A DNA stretch of 64,000 nucleotides, taken from positions 3,633-67,632 of the forward strand of contig JASGFG010000005.1 in NCBI GenBank assembly GCA_047605605.1. The letters run 5' to 3'. The stretch is from Paracoccaceae bacterium (GTDB lineage: Bacteria; Pseudomonadota; Alphaproteobacteria; Rhodobacterales; Rhodobacteraceae). The notes under the pieces are model-generated. The model saw only the letters and a program-made list of their open reading frames with translations, was not told the DNA's origin and ran no database searches. Position numbers and translations under genes: made by a program. Positions 19,159 through 29,197 of this stretch are shown here, one piece after another; position 1 is the stretch's first letter, and every line of letters begins with the position of its first letter.

Positions 19159-21177
19159 TTACAGCAGCGATTTCGCCGTGGCGACGGTGTTTTCGGCGGT
19201 GATGCCGAATTCCTTGTAAAGCCGTTCCGCCGGGGCCGAGGCGCCAAAGCCCTTCATCCCGATGAAACCGGCCTTCGCCTCGCGCCCGCGCTCGCCCAGA
19301 AGCCAGCGGTCCCAGCCACCGGCGCGCACGCCCGCCTCGATGGCGACGCGGACGGGGCCTGCGGGCAGGACCTTCTTGCGGTAAGCCTCGTCCTGCTGGG
19401 CGAACAGCTCCATCGACGGCATGGACACGACGCGGGTGCCGATCCCCTCGGCCTCCAGCGCCTCGCGGGCTTTCAGGGCGATTTCGACCTCGGACCCGGT
19501 GGCGATCAGGATGACCTGCCGCTTGCCCGTCGCCTCGGCCAGAACATAGGCGCCGCGGGCGGTCAGGTTCTGCCCGGTGTGCGACTTGCGCACCGTGGGC
19601 AGGTTCTGCCGCGACAGGGCCAGCACCGAAGGCGTGGTCTTGGACGACAGCGCGATCTCCCACGCCTCGGCGGTTTCGACCAGATCGGCGGGGCGGAACA
19701 CGTAAGTGTTCGGCGTCGCGCGGGAAATCGCCAGATGCTCGACCGGCTGGTGGGTCGGGCCATCCTCGCCCAGACCGATGCTGTCATGCGTCATGACATA
19801 GACGGTCGGCACGCCCATCAGCGCCGACAGCCGCATCGCGGGGCGGGCATAGTCGGTAAAGCACATGAAGGTCCCGCCGTAAGGCCTTGCGCCGCCATGC
19901 AAAACCATGCCGTTCATCGCCGCCGCCATGCCGTGTTCGCGGATGCCGTAATAGATGTAACGGCCCTTGCGATCCTCGACCGAGAACACGCCCAGATCGG
20001 GGGTCTTGGTATTGTTCGATCCGGTCAGGTCGGCCGATCCGCCGATAGTTTCCTGCATCACCGGGTTCACTGCCGCCAGCACCTTTTCGGATGCCGCACG
20101 GGTGGCGAGTTTCGGTGCCTCTTCCGACGCCTTCTTCTTCACCGCGCGGATGATCGAGGACAGCTTCGCCGGCGCGTCCAGCGCGAAGATGCGGGCAAAT
20201 TCGGCCTGCTTCTGCGGCGACAGTTTCGCGATGCGGGCATCCCATTCGGCCCGCGCCGCGGCACCGCGCTTGCCCTTGGCCTCCCATGCGGATTTGATGT
20301 CGGCGGGGATGACGAAGGGGCCGTCGGTCCAGCCATACACCGCGCGGGTATCGGCGATCAGCTTGGCGTCGGTCAGCGCGCCGTGGCCCTTGGACGTGTC
20401 CTGCGCGGAAGAACCGAGCGCGATATGCGTCTTGCAGGCGACCAGCGCCGGGCGGGGCGAGGCCTTGGCGGCGGTCAGGGCGCGGTCGATGTCTTCGGGG
20501 TCATGGCCGTCGCACTCGAACACGTCCCAACCGCTGGCCGCGAAACGCGCCTTCTGGTCGGTCACGTCCGAAAGGGAAACCTTGCCGTCGATGGTGATGC
20601 CGTTGTTGTCCCACAGCACGATCAGCCGCGACAGTTGCAGCTTGCCCGCCAGGCCGATCGCCTCTTGCGAAACACCTTCCATCAGGCAGCCGTCGCCCGC
20701 GATCACCCAGGTGTGGTGATCCTGCACCTTGGCACCCCAGCGGGCGCGCAAGCTCTCCTCGGCGATGGCGAAACCGACCGAGTTGGAAATGCCCTGACCC
20801 AGCGGGCCGGTGGTGGTTTCCACCCCCGCGACATGGCCGTATTCCGGGTGGCCCGCGGTGATTGCGCCCCATTGGCGGAAGTTCTTGATCTGGTCCAGCG
20901 TCACATCGGCATAGCCGGTGAGGTAAAGCAGCGCATAGATCAGCATGGACCCATGCCCGGCCGACAGGATGAAGCGGTCGCGGTCGGGCCAGCGCGGCGC
21001 GGCGGGGTCGAACTTCAGATGCTTGTCGAACAGCACCGTCGCCACGTCGGCCATGCCCATCGGCATCCCCGAATGGCCCGAATTCGCGGCGGCGACGGCA
21101 TCCAGCGTCAGCACGCGGATCGCGGCGGCCTGCCGCCAGTGGTCGGGATGACGGGCGCGCAGGGTCTCGATATCCAT
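19159..21177 (-). CDS. tkt: transketolase
   Basis: ThDP motif [13 protein letters not shown] and the [19 protein letters not shown] signatures. Start at MDIETL with GAGGAG 7 nt upstream. Confidence 0.95.
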   Translation of the reverse strand: MDIETLRARHPDHWRQAAAIRVLTLDAVAAANSGHSGMPMGMADVATVLFDKHLKFDPAAPRWPDRDRFILSAGHGSMLIYALLYLTGYADVTLDQIKNFRQWGAITAGHPEYGHVAGVETTTGPLGQGISNSVGFAIAEESLRARWGAKVQDHHTWVIAGDGCLMEGVSQEAIGLAGKLQLSRLIVLWDNNGITIDGKVSLSDVTDQKARFAASGWDVFECDGHDPEDIDRALTAAKASPRPALVACKTHIALGSSAQDTSKGHGALTDAKLIADTRAVYGWTDGPFVIPADIKSAWEAKGKRGAAARAEWDARIAKLSPQKQAEFARIFALDAPAKLSSIIRAVKKKASEEAPKLATRAASEKVLAAVNPVMQETIGGSADLTGSNNTKTPDLGVFSVEDRKGRYIYYGIREHGMAAAMNGMVLHGGARPYGGTFMCFTDYARPAMRLSALMGVPTVYVMTHDSIGLGEDGPTHQPVEHLAISRATPNTYVFRPADLVETAEAWEIALSSKTTPSVLALSRQNLPTVRKSHTGQNLTARGAYVLAEATGKRQVILIATGSEVEIALKAREALEAEGIGTRVVSMPSMELFAQQDEAYRKKVLPAGPVRVAIEAGVRAGGWDRWLLGERGREAKAGFIGMKGFGASAPAERLYKEFGITAENTVATAKSLL

Positions 21178-21378
21178 ATCCGGGCTCCTCATGTTAGGGC
21201 TAGCAGGCTCTTATCACCGCAGGCGGCAAGATCAAGGCGGCGGGTGCCCGAAAGCACGGAAAGGGGAGGGCGGCTGTCCGCCTTTGCGGCTAGGATGGGG
21301 GTTGACGGCAGGGTGCGCGATTCGCACCATGCAGGACGCCGCAGCAGAACGGCAACCGGCCAGAGGAGGGTGAGGCGC

Positions 21379-21885
21379 ATGGAGCAGATCGCGGGACTGG
21401 AACGCCGCATCACCGCCGCGCTGGATCGTCTGTCGCGCGGGATCGACGCTCTGGGCTGGGCGGGCCCCGCATCGGCCGATGCGGGTGATGCCGGTTTCCT
21501 TGCCGCTCGGCTGGAGGAGGAACAGCAGGCCAATGCCCAACTGGCCGAACGCTTGCGCGCGGTGAGAGAGCGCGAGGCCGAGGCCCGTCTTGCGATTCAG
21601 GACCAGACCGAACACCTGACGCGCCGTCTGGACGAACAGGGGATCGAGGTTCAGCGCCTGCATCGGGTGGTGGTGCAACTGCGCGAACAGCTGCGCATCC
21701 ATCGCGAGGCTGCTGCCGGGCAGGTCGCCGACCCGCAACAGATCAACCGCGCGATGCTGGCCGAACTGGAGGCCCTGCGCGCGACCCGTGCGGCCGAGGT
21801 TGCGGAAATGGACGGAATACTTGCCGAACTCGCCCCCCTTGTCGCAGAGGCCGAGGCGGTCAGGGGGGGGCGTGCGGATGCCTGA
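21379..21885 (+). CDS. coiled-coil protein (DUF4164-like) upstream of zapA
   Basis: 168 aa rich in heptad-like E/R/L/A sequence. Overlaps the zapA start. The family assignment is from memory of alphaproteobacterial synteny. Confidence 0.6.
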   Translation: MEQIAGLERRITAALDRLSRGIDALGWAGPASADAGDAGFLAARLEEEQQANAQLAERLRAVREREAEARLAIQDQTEHLTRRLDEQGIEVQRLHRVVVQLREQLRIHREAAAGQVADPQQINRAMLAELEALRATRAAEVAEMDGILAELAPLVAEAEAVRGGRADA

Positions 21886-22249
21886 TGTCACGATCAACGT
21901 CGGCGGGCGGTCCTTTACCGTCTCGTGCCAGCCGGGAGAGGAGCATTTCCTGCGCAGCGCCGCCGCGATTCTGGATGCCGAAGCGGCGCCGATCCTGTCG
22001 CAGATGGGCCGTCTGCCCGAGTCGCGGATGCTGCTGATGGCGGGGCTGATGCTGGCCGATCGCGCGGCCGGGCAGGAGGATGAGCTGCGCCAGCTGCGCG
22101 CGCGCGTCGCGGAGCTGGAAGGCCAGTCGCCGGGCAAGGTCGAGGTTCCCGTGGTGCCCGCCATCGTGACCGAAAGCTATGCCGAACTTGCGGCGCGGGT
22201 CGAGGCCATGGCGGCCGCGGTCGAGGAACGTCTGGCCGCGCTGGACTGA
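21878..22249 (+). CDS. zapA: cell division protein ZapA
   Basis: The N-terminus MPDVTINVGGRSFTVSCQPGEE is typical of ZapA, and the C-terminus is coiled-coil. Confidence 0.8.
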   Translation: MPDVTINVGGRSFTVSCQPGEEHFLRSAAAILDAEAAPILSQMGRLPESRMLLMAGLMLADRAAGQEDELRQLRARVAELEGQSPGKVEVPVVPAIVTESYAELAARVEAMAAAVEERLAALD

Positions 22250-22346
22250 TCGCCGAGGATTGATCGCCGGGGAAACTCGTCTGGCCCGCCTTCTGCGCTA
22301 GGGTGGCAGAGGTGCTGCCGTGTCCCGTTTCAGGAAAGGAAAAGTC

Positions 22347-22691
22347 ATGAAATCCCTGTGCCTTGCCGTCGTCGCCACTACGCTTGCGCTTCCCGCCCTT
22401 GCGCAGGAGAAGATGGAAGTGATCCCCATGCGCTATCTGTGCGACCGCGGGGTGGAGGTTCCGGCGACCTATGTGAATTCGCATGACGATGCCTCGGCCG
22501 TGATCAACGTCGAAGGGCAGCAGATTTCCCTGATCGTCGAGAAATCGGCCTCGGGCGCGCGCTATGGCTGGCCCTCGGACGGATCGCATTATGTCTGGTG
22601 GACCAAGGGGCCGGAGGCGACGCTTTACTGGCACAATGGCGAGACGGGCGAGGAGACGGTCCTGCTGGGCGGCTGCAAGCAGGAGGAATAG
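22347..22691 (+). CDS. MliC-family (membrane-bound lysozyme inhibitor, C-type) periplasmic protein
   Basis: Signal peptide MKSLCLAVVATTLALPALAQ, the SASGARYG motif, and paired Cys residues (YLCDRG...GGC). Confidence 0.65.
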   Translation: MKSLCLAVVATTLALPALAQEKMEVIPMRYLCDRGVEVPATYVNSHDDASAVINVEGQQISLIVEKSASGARYGWPSDGSHYVWWTKGPEATLYWHNGETGEETVLLGGCKQEE

Positions 22692-23428
22692 GGGGCGTCC
22701 TGTTCCGGCTGAAACGGCTGATTATTGTCGGCCGGAGCAATCGGGCCGAGCCGACTCTGCCGCGGAATTTCGGCATGGAAGGGGGCGGGAGCTGCCGCGC
22801 GCCGTGTTGGCACCTCTCCGCAATCCGGGGCGTGTTTCCCGCAGCCGAAAGGTATTCCGGCTCTGGCCGTGGCATTGGCCGTTCGAGGCACGTTTCCCCA
22901 TGCGCCCTGTGGCGTCGGCCTGCTCGCCGCGCGCCGCAAAGGGCGGTGCCGACACAGGTTTCCGGGTTGCGGGGGCCGGGCCTGCCGGCGCCCGCAACCC
23001 AAAGGTCCGGCCGAGGCTGGGGGATGCGCCGATATTACCGCAAGCAACCCTTTTCATCGGCCACTTGCGGGCGTGGTTGAGCGAGAGCGCGGCAATCTTG
23101 CTGCACCCCACCCGTAGACGCGGATATGGCGCCAGCCCTGCCTTATCCCGTTATCGCTGCCGTGCTTCCACTGTCGGGCGATGTCGCGAAACCTGATCAC
23201 GTCATCACCGGAGCGAAGGCACGACCCTTGGCAAGAACCGGGGCCAGGGCACTGGCGTGAACCCGGCCCGACACTTCCCTTCGCAATAGCCTCCCCCGGA
23301 ACGCGTTCGGCGAGAACTGTCGCGAGGGACGTAGATGCCAAGCCTCGCTCCCCGCCGAGCCGTCGGTTACAGGCGATCGCCAAGGGGGGCGAAGGCGCGC
23401 GCCGGGTCTCGCATCAGGGACGGGCCGA

Positions 23429-24115
23429 TCAATAGCTGCGGATCAGACCGACAAGACGCCCCTGAACCTTGACCATATGATCGGGAAACACCCGCGTCTC
23501 GTAGGAGGGGTTCGCCGCCTCCAGCGCGATCATGCTGCCCTTGCGGCGGAACCGTTTCAGCGTCGCCTCGGCATCCTCGACAAGCGCCACGACAATATCG
23601 CCGTTCTCGGCGGTGTTCTGTTCGCGGATCACCACGATGTCGCCATCGTTGATCCCGGCCTCGATCATCGAGTCGCCCTTGACCTCCAGCGCATAGTGCT
23701 GGCCGCGCCCCGAGATCATCGAGCCGGGCACGGCGACGTGATGCGAGACCTCGGAGATCGCCTCAATCGGGACACCGGCGGCGATGCGGCCCATCACCGG
23801 CAGTTCCAGCGCATGAACGGCCTGAACCGGGATCGCGCCCCTGGGGGTGGGGGGACGGTCGCCTTCGATCACGCGGGGGCTGAAGCCGGGTTTTTCCATC
23901 GCCTCGGGCAGCTTGACGATTTCCAGCGCGCGGGCGCGATGCGCAAGGCGGCGGATGAACCCGCGTTCCTCCAGCGCGGTGATCAGGCGGTGGATGCCGG
24001 ATTTCGACTTCAGATCCAGCGCATCCTTCATCTCGTCGAACGAGGGCGGAACGCCGTCACGGTCCATCCGGCTCTTGATGAAATCCAGCAGTTCCAGTTG
24101 CTTGCGTGTCAGCAT
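23429..24115 (-). CDS. lexA: SOS repressor LexA
   Basis: Starts [13 protein letters not shown]. Has the Ala-Gly cleavage region (GRIAAG) and the S24 peptidase Ser/Lys motifs (GDSM...LKR). Confidence 0.95.
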   Translation of the reverse strand: MLTRKQLELLDFIKSRMDRDGVPPSFDEMKDALDLKSKSGIHRLITALEERGFIRRLAHRARALEIVKLPEAMEKPGFSPRVIEGDRPPTPRGAIPVQAVHALELPVMGRIAAGVPIEAISEVSHHVAVPGSMISGRGQHYALEVKGDSMIEAGINDGDIVVIREQNTAENGDIVVALVEDAEATLKRFRRKGSMIALEAANPSYETRVFPDHMVKVQGRLVGLIRSY

Positions 24116-24146
24116 CGCCCCACCTTTCGGCTGCAGTTGACACAAT

Positions 24147-24161
24147 GTTCTGCCCGTGTTC
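24147..24161. promoter_or_regulatory. alphaproteobacterial SOS box GTTC-N7-GTTC upstream of lexA
   Basis: GTTCTGCCCGTGTTC lies 32-46 nt upstream of the lexA ATG. It matches the direct-repeat LexA operator described for Rhodobacter and Rhizobium. Confidence 0.8.
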
Positions 24162-24196
24162 CCGGTTTGTGTCAACCGTTTCCGCGCAAGGCCCGG

Positions 24197-25387
24197 TCAG
24201 ATCGGCAGATATTCGACGATTTCGCCCGCCTTGCGCGCCGGATCGCCCATCGGGCGGATCAACAGCGCATCCGCCTCGGTCAGGCGGCGAAGCAGGGCGG
24301 AATCCTGCCCCTCGAACGGGGTGATGCGCGGCAGGTCGCCCGCGCCGTCCAGCCGGGCGAGGCGCGCGCGCATGAAATGGGCGCGGGGGCCGTTCGCCTC
24401 GATCCCGCAGCCCAGGGACGCGCGCAGGGGGCGGGAGGCGGGATCGGGCACGCCCTGCATCGCACGGATCATCGGCAGGACGAACAGCATCGTGCAGACG
24501 ATGGAGGACACCGGATTGCCCGGCAGCCCGACCAGCGCCGCCCCGCGCAGCCGCCCGGCCAGCAGCGGCTTGCCGGGGCGCAGGGCGATCTTCCAGAACG
24601 CCGCCTCCATCCCCAGCCGCTGCGCGACCGGGCCGACCAGATCGTGATCGCCGACCGAGGCGCCGCCGATGGTCAGGATGAGATCCGCGCCCTCGGCCAG
24701 GGCAAAGGCGGATTCCAGCGCCGGAACCGTGTCGCGGGCAATGGGCAGAAGCCGCGCCTCGGCCCCTTCGGCCTCGACCATGGCGGCCAGGGCAAAGCCG
24801 TTCGAGGCGACGATCTGGTCGGGGCGCGGGTCTTCGCCCGGCATCACCAACTCGTCCCCGGTGGCAAGGATTGCGACGGTCGGGCGGCGGGCAACCGGCA
24901 CCTCGGCGATGTTCATCGCGGCCAGCAGGGCAAGATCGGCAGGGCGCAGGCGGCGGGGCGCAACCGTGTCGCCGGTGCGGAAATCCTGCCCCCGCTGGCG
25001 GATGTTGGTGGCGCCATCCTGCGCTGTCACGGTGACGCGGGCGCCTTCTGCGCGGGTGTTTTCCTGAATGATCACGCGGGTGGCGCCCGCGGGCACCGGC
25101 GCGCCGGTGAAGATGCGCACCGCCTGGCCCGGGCCGACGCGGCCCGCGAAGGCATGGCCGGCCCCGGCCTCGCCGATCAGGTCCAGCACCGAGCCGGCGG
25201 CGGGATCGCCCGCCACCGCATAGCCGTCCATGGCCGAGGCATCGAAGGGCGGCTGGTCGCGTCGCGCGGCAACCGGCGCGGCCAGAACCCGGCCCGTCGC
25301 GTGCCGCAGGGCCACGGTTTCCGCCGGCAGCGGCGGGGCAAGCGCAAGGCAACGGCGCAGGGCCTCTTCCACCGGCAGCAGGGTCAT
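24197..25387 (-). CDS. moeA: molybdopterin molybdotransferase MoeA
   Basis: MoeA N, central and C domain pattern ([30 protein letters not shown]). Confidence 0.9.
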   Translation of the reverse strand: MTLLPVEEALRRCLALAPPLPAETVALRHATGRVLAAPVAARRDQPPFDASAMDGYAVAGDPAAGSVLDLIGEAGAGHAFAGRVGPGQAVRIFTGAPVPAGATRVIIQENTRAEGARVTVTAQDGATNIRQRGQDFRTGDTVAPRRLRPADLALLAAMNIAEVPVARRPTVAILATGDELVMPGEDPRPDQIVASNGFALAAMVEAEGAEARLLPIARDTVPALESAFALAEGADLILTIGGASVGDHDLVGPVAQRLGMEAAFWKIALRPGKPLLAGRLRGAALVGLPGNPVSSIVCTMLFVLPMIRAMQGVPDPASRPLRASLGCGIEANGPRAHFMRARLARLDGAGDLPRITPFEGQDSALLRRLTEADALLIRPMGDPARKAGEIVEYLPI

Positions 25388-25863
25388 GTCGCGTCGAACC
25401 GGCCGGATTTGCCGCCCTCTTTCATGACCAGACGCACGGCGCCGATCACCATGTCCTTCTGCACGGCCTTGACCATGTCATAGACGGTCAGCGCGGCGAC
25501 CGACACGGCGGTCAGCGCCTCCATCTCCACCCCCGTCTGGCCCGAGGTGCGCACCGTCGCCTCGATCGCCACGCCGGGGATCGCGGGGTCGCAGGTCAGG
25601 TCCACCGCCACTTTGGTCAGCGCGAGCGGATGGCACAGCGGGATCAGATCCGAGGTCCGCTTGGCCGCCATGATCCCGGCAAGCCGCGCCACGCCCAGAA
25701 CGTCGCCCTTGCCCGCGCGACCCTCGGCGATCAGGGCCAGCGTTTCGGGCGACATGGCGATCTGCCCGCGGGCGACAGCGATGCGGTCGGTCGCGGGCTT
25801 GTCGGTCACGTCAACCATGCGCGCGGCGCCGTCGGCGTCGAAATGGGTCAGGCCGCCGGTCAT
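25384..25863 (-). CDS. moaC: cyclic pyranopterin monophosphate synthase MoaC
   Basis: Starts LTHFD...MVDVTDK and has the CHPL motif. 159 aa. Its stop overlaps the moeA start in a 4-nt ATGA overlap. Confidence 0.9.
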   Translation of the reverse strand: MTGGLTHFDADGAARMVDVTDKPATDRIAVARGQIAMSPETLALIAEGRAGKGDVLGVARLAGIMAAKRTSDLIPLCHPLALTKVAVDLTCDPAIPGVAIEATVRTSGQTGVEMEALTAVSVAALTVYDMVKAVQKDMVIGAVRLVMKEGGKSGRFDAT

Positions 25864-25870
25864 GCGGCCC

Positions 25871-26683
25871 TCACATCCCGCCCTGCGAGGTCAGCGGTTG
25901 CGCCAGCAGCGCACGGGTTGCCGCCGCCACATCCGCCTGCCGCATCAGCGCCTCGCCGATCAGAAAGCAGCGGGCGCCGTATTGCGCCATGTCGGCCAGA
26001 TCGGCCGGGGTATAAAGCCCGCTTTCCGACACGATCAGCCGGTCCTCGGGCACGCGGCGCGCCAACTGGCGCGTGGTGTCCAGCGACACCTCGAAGGTGT
26101 GCAGGTTGCGGTTGTTGATCCCGATCAGGGGCGAGCGCAGCTTTTCCGCGCGTTCCAGTTCCGGCTGGTCATGCACCTCGATCAGCACATCCATGTCCCA
26201 GTCCAGGGCCGCGGCCTCCAGCTCGGCCGCCTGCGTGTCGTCCAGCGAGGCCATGATCAGCAGGATGCAGTCGGCCGACAGCGCCCGCGCCTCGGCGATC
26301 TGATAGGGGTCGTAGATGAAATCCTTGCGCAGGCAGGGCAGCTTTACCGCGTCATGCGCCGCCGTCAGGAATTCGTCGGCCCCCTGAAACGACGGCCCGT
26401 CGGTCAGGACGGACAGGCAGGTGGCGCCCCCTGCCTCATAGGCGGCGGCAAGGGCGGGCGGGTCGAAATCGGCGCGGATCAGGCCCTTGGACGGGCTGGC
26501 CTTCTTGATCTCGGCGATCAGGCCGTAGCCTGTGGTCGTCGCCTCGCGCAGCGCGGCGGCAAAGCCGCGCGGGGCGGGGGCGGCGCGGGCCGCATCCTCG
26601 ACCGCGGCCAACGGGCGGGCGGCCTTGCGGGCGGCCACATCGGCCAGTTTGTAATCCCTGATCCGGTCGAGAATGGTGCTCAT
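25871..26683 (-). CDS. trpC: indole-3-glycerol phosphate synthase
   Basis: IGPS motifs ([24 protein letters not shown]). Confidence 0.9.
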   Translation of the reverse strand: MSTILDRIRDYKLADVAARKAARPLAAVEDAARAAPAPRGFAAALREATTTGYGLIAEIKKASPSKGLIRADFDPPALAAAYEAGGATCLSVLTDGPSFQGADEFLTAAHDAVKLPCLRKDFIYDPYQIAEARALSADCILLIMASLDDTQAAELEAAALDWDMDVLIEVHDQPELERAEKLRSPLIGINNRNLHTFEVSLDTTRQLARRVPEDRLIVSESGLYTPADLADMAQYGARCFLIGEALMRQADVAAATRALLAQPLTSQGGM

Positions 26684-27702
26684 GCCGCCTTTCCATGCGT
26701 AAGGGCGACCAGCGCCGCCACCTTGGCCCGCGCCGCGCCGGAATCGATCGAGGCGCGGGCGATCTCGACACCCTGTTTCAGATCCGCCGCCCGGTCGGCC
26801 ACCACCAGCGCAGCGGCGGCGTTCAGCAACACCGCGTCACGATAGGCCCCCGGCGCACCGTCCATCAGTGCCCGCAGGGCCGCCGCATTCTCGGCCGGGC
26901 TGCCGCCCATGATCGCCGCGAAGGGATGGGGGGCAAGGCCCGCATCCTCGGGGTGGACCGAGAATTCGCGGATCTGCCCGTCCGCCAGTTCCGCCACCTT
27001 CGTCGGCTCGGCGATCGACATCTCGTCGGTGCCGTCGCCGCCATGGACCAGCCAGGCCTTTTCGGACCCGAGGGCGCGCAGCGTTTCCGCCATCGGCCGC
27101 AGCAGGCTGTCCGAGAAGGTGCCGGTCAGCTGCCGCTTCACCCCGGCGGGGTTGGTCAGCGGTCCCAGGATGTTGAAGATCGTCCGCGTGCCCAGTTCGG
27201 TCCGCACCGGGCCGACATGCTTCATCGCCGGATGGTGCATCGGCGCCATCATGAAGCCGATGCCCGCGGCCTCGAGACAACGCTCCACCACCTCGGGGCC
27301 GACCATGACATTCAGGCCCAGTTCCGTCATCGCATCCGCCGCGCCGGATTTGGACGACAGGTTGCGGTTGCCGTGCTTGGCCACCGGGACGCCCGCGCCC
27401 GCCACCACGAATGCGGTGGCGGTAGAGATGTTCAGCGTGCCCTTGCCGTCGCCGCCGGTTCCGACGATGTCGATGGCCCCGGCGGGCGCGTTCACGGGGT
27501 TGCATTTCGACCGCATCACGGTCGAGGCGGCGGCATATTCATCCACCGTCTCGCCCCGCGTGCGCAGCGCCATCAGCAGTCCGCCCATCTGTGCCGGGGT
27601 GGCGGTGCCCTCGAACAGGGCGTCAAAGGCCACCTCGGCCTCGGCCCGCGTCAGCGGGCGGGTGGCGGCGATGCCGATCAGGGGTTTCAAAGCATCGCTC
27701 AT
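26680..27702 (-). CDS. trpD: anthranilate phosphoribosyltransferase
   Basis: GTGGDG motif, KHGNR motif, 4-nt overlaps on both sides. Confidence 0.9.
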   Translation of the reverse strand: MSDALKPLIGIAATRPLTRAEAEVAFDALFEGTATPAQMGGLLMALRTRGETVDEYAAASTVMRSKCNPVNAPAGAIDIVGTGGDGKGTLNISTATAFVVAGAGVPVAKHGNRNLSSKSGAADAMTELGLNVMVGPEVVERCLEAAGIGFMMAPMHHPAMKHVGPVRTELGTRTIFNILGPLTNPAGVKRQLTGTFSDSLLRPMAETLRALGSEKAWLVHGGDGTDEMSIAEPTKVAELADGQIREFSVHPEDAGLAPHPFAAIMGGSPAENAAALRALMDGAPGAYRDAVLLNAAAALVVADRAADLKQGVEIARASIDSGAARAKVAALVALTHGKAA

Positions 27703-28286
27703 GCCGGGACTCGGCCTTTCGCTTCTTCAAGGAAATTCTTCAGCAACTGGTGCCCGTGTTCCGAAGCGATGCTTTCGGGGTGAAACTGCACGCCCTCGAT
27801 CAGATGCCTGCGATGGCGCAGGCCCATGATCGTGCCATCCTCCAGCCAGGCCGTGACCTCCAGCTCGGGCGGCAGGGTGTCGCGGTCGACGATCAGGCTG
27901 TGATAGCGCGTGGCCAGAAAGGGCGAGGGCAGGCCGCGGAACACGCCCTTGCCCGCGTGATACATGGTTCCCATCTTGCCATGCACGATTTCCTTGCAGC
28001 GCACGACCTTGCCGCCGAAGGCCTCGCCAATCGCCTGATGGCCCAAGCACACGCCCAGAAGCGGCGTGCCCGCCTCGGCCGCGGCCAGGATCAGCGGCAG
28101 GCAGATGCCCGCCTGCGCGGGATCGCAGGGACCGGGGGACAGGACGATCATGTCGGGCTTCAGCCCCATGGCCTGCTGCACGTCCAGCGCATCGTTGCGC
28201 CTGACCACGACATCGGCGCCAAGCTCGCCCAGATAATGGACGAGGTTGTAGGTGAAGCTGTCGTAGTTGTCGATCAGAAGCAGCAT
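27699..28286 (-). CDS. trpG: anthranilate synthase component II (glutamine amidotransferase)
   Basis: Starts [19 protein letters not shown], with catalytic GVCLGHQ and the HPES motif. The 5' extended ORF is rejected. Confidence 0.9.
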   Translation of the reverse strand: MLLLIDNYDSFTYNLVHYLGELGADVVVRRNDALDVQQAMGLKPDMIVLSPGPCDPAQAGICLPLILAAAEAGTPLLGVCLGHQAIGEAFGGKVVRCKEIVHGKMGTMYHAGKGVFRGLPSPFLATRYHSLIVDRDTLPPELEVTAWLEDGTIMGLRHRRHLIEGVQFHPESIASEHGHQLLKNFLEEAKGRVPA

Positions 28287-28645
28287 GGCCGGTCCCCTTG
28301 CGGGCGGCCCTGCTGCCCGCGTCTGGTTTCGGTTATGGCGCATCGGCGGCAGGGGGGCAACCTTGGAAAGCGGGTGGGTTTCCGCCCCGAATCGAGGGCG
28401 CAAACCCCGCCGGATGACGCAGGGGAAGTCAATTTGCGACATGCGATCCGAACTGCCCGGAAACGTGCAGGTGCAGAAATTTCAGGCATGTTTCGCCGGG
28501 TTGACCGGCACAGGTCACGGAAGATGCGGGTGAATCTGCGCCGGGCGATCAACCAGCGGAATTGACGTAAGGGTGGGAAACCGACAAAGGTTGACCTCTG
28601 CCGCAGCCGGCGCAAGACCGGCGCGAAAATATGGGAGGGAACTAT

Positions 28646-29185
28646 ATGCAGGCCTTGCTTGCCCTGTCGCGGGGTATAGACCGGCTGAGCGCGGTATTCG
28701 GCAAGATCGGGGAATACCTGGTCCTGCTGTGCTGCCTGGTCAGCGCCGGCAATGCGATGATCCGGTATGCGTTCAACTACAGTTCGAACGGCTGGCTGGA
28801 AATCCAGTGGTATATGTTCGGCTTCATCGTGATGATGGGGGCGGCCCATACGCTGCGCAACAACGAACATGTGCGGGTCGACCTGATCTATGGTTCGGTC
28901 AGCGACCGCGCGCGGCTGTGGATCGACACCTTTGGCATCCTGTTCTTCCTGCTGCCCTTCGCCATCTTTGCGGCTTATCTTTCATGGCCGATCTTCTGGC
29001 TGTCCTTTCAGCAGCACGAGATGTCGTCGAACGCGGGCGGGCTGATCCGCTGGCCGATCAAGCTGATCATTTCGGCGGGGTTCGGGCTGCTGGCGTTGCA
29101 GGGCGTGTCCGAGCTGATCAAGCGCATCGCGGCGCTGACCGGCTCGATCAGCCTGGAGACCGCCTACGAAAAACCGCTTCAGTAA
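28646..29185 (+). CDS. TRAP transporter small permease (DctQ family)
   Basis: Four hydrophobic segments in DctQ-like sequence. ATG at 28646 has a GGGAGGG Shine-Dalgarno 5 nt upstream. Confidence 0.8.
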   Translation: MQALLALSRGIDRLSAVFGKIGEYLVLLCCLVSAGNAMIRYAFNYSSNGWLEIQWYMFGFIVMMGAAHTLRNNEHVRVDLIYGSVSDRARLWIDTFGILFFLLPFAIFAAYLSWPIFWLSFQQHEMSSNAGGLIRWPIKLIISAGFGLLALQGVSELIKRIAALTGSISLETAYEKPLQ

Positions 29186-29197
29186 GGGACCGACCAG

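Noticed and set aside
19579-21378. The upstream 600 codons of the 768-aa plus-strand ORF 19579..21885.
   Set aside because: This part is antisense to transketolase and has junk composition. Only the last 168 codons, from the ATG at 21379, look like a real coiled-coil gene.
22250-22346. 6S RNA directly after zapA, as in E. coli.
   Set aside because: Only 97 nt separate zapA from the well-supported mliC-like gene. That is too short for an RNA of about 160-180 nt, so the possibility was moved to the 22692..23428 tract as an untested hypothesis.
23100-23260. A cobalamin riboswitch on the minus strand (CCCGACAGTGGAAGC resembles the CCCGCxACTGTAAGC core, followed by a B12-box-like AAGGCAGGGCTGGCGCC).
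   Set aside because: The GGGAA and GGTGxAAxCC elements are not at the required spacing. The B12 box match is poor, and there is no downstream gene on that strand to regulate.
28287-28445. A trp leader peptide or attenuator upstream of trpG.
   Set aside because: The only upstream in-frame peptide ([19 protein letters not shown]) has no Trp codons, and there are no alternative terminator/antiterminator hairpins with a U-tract.
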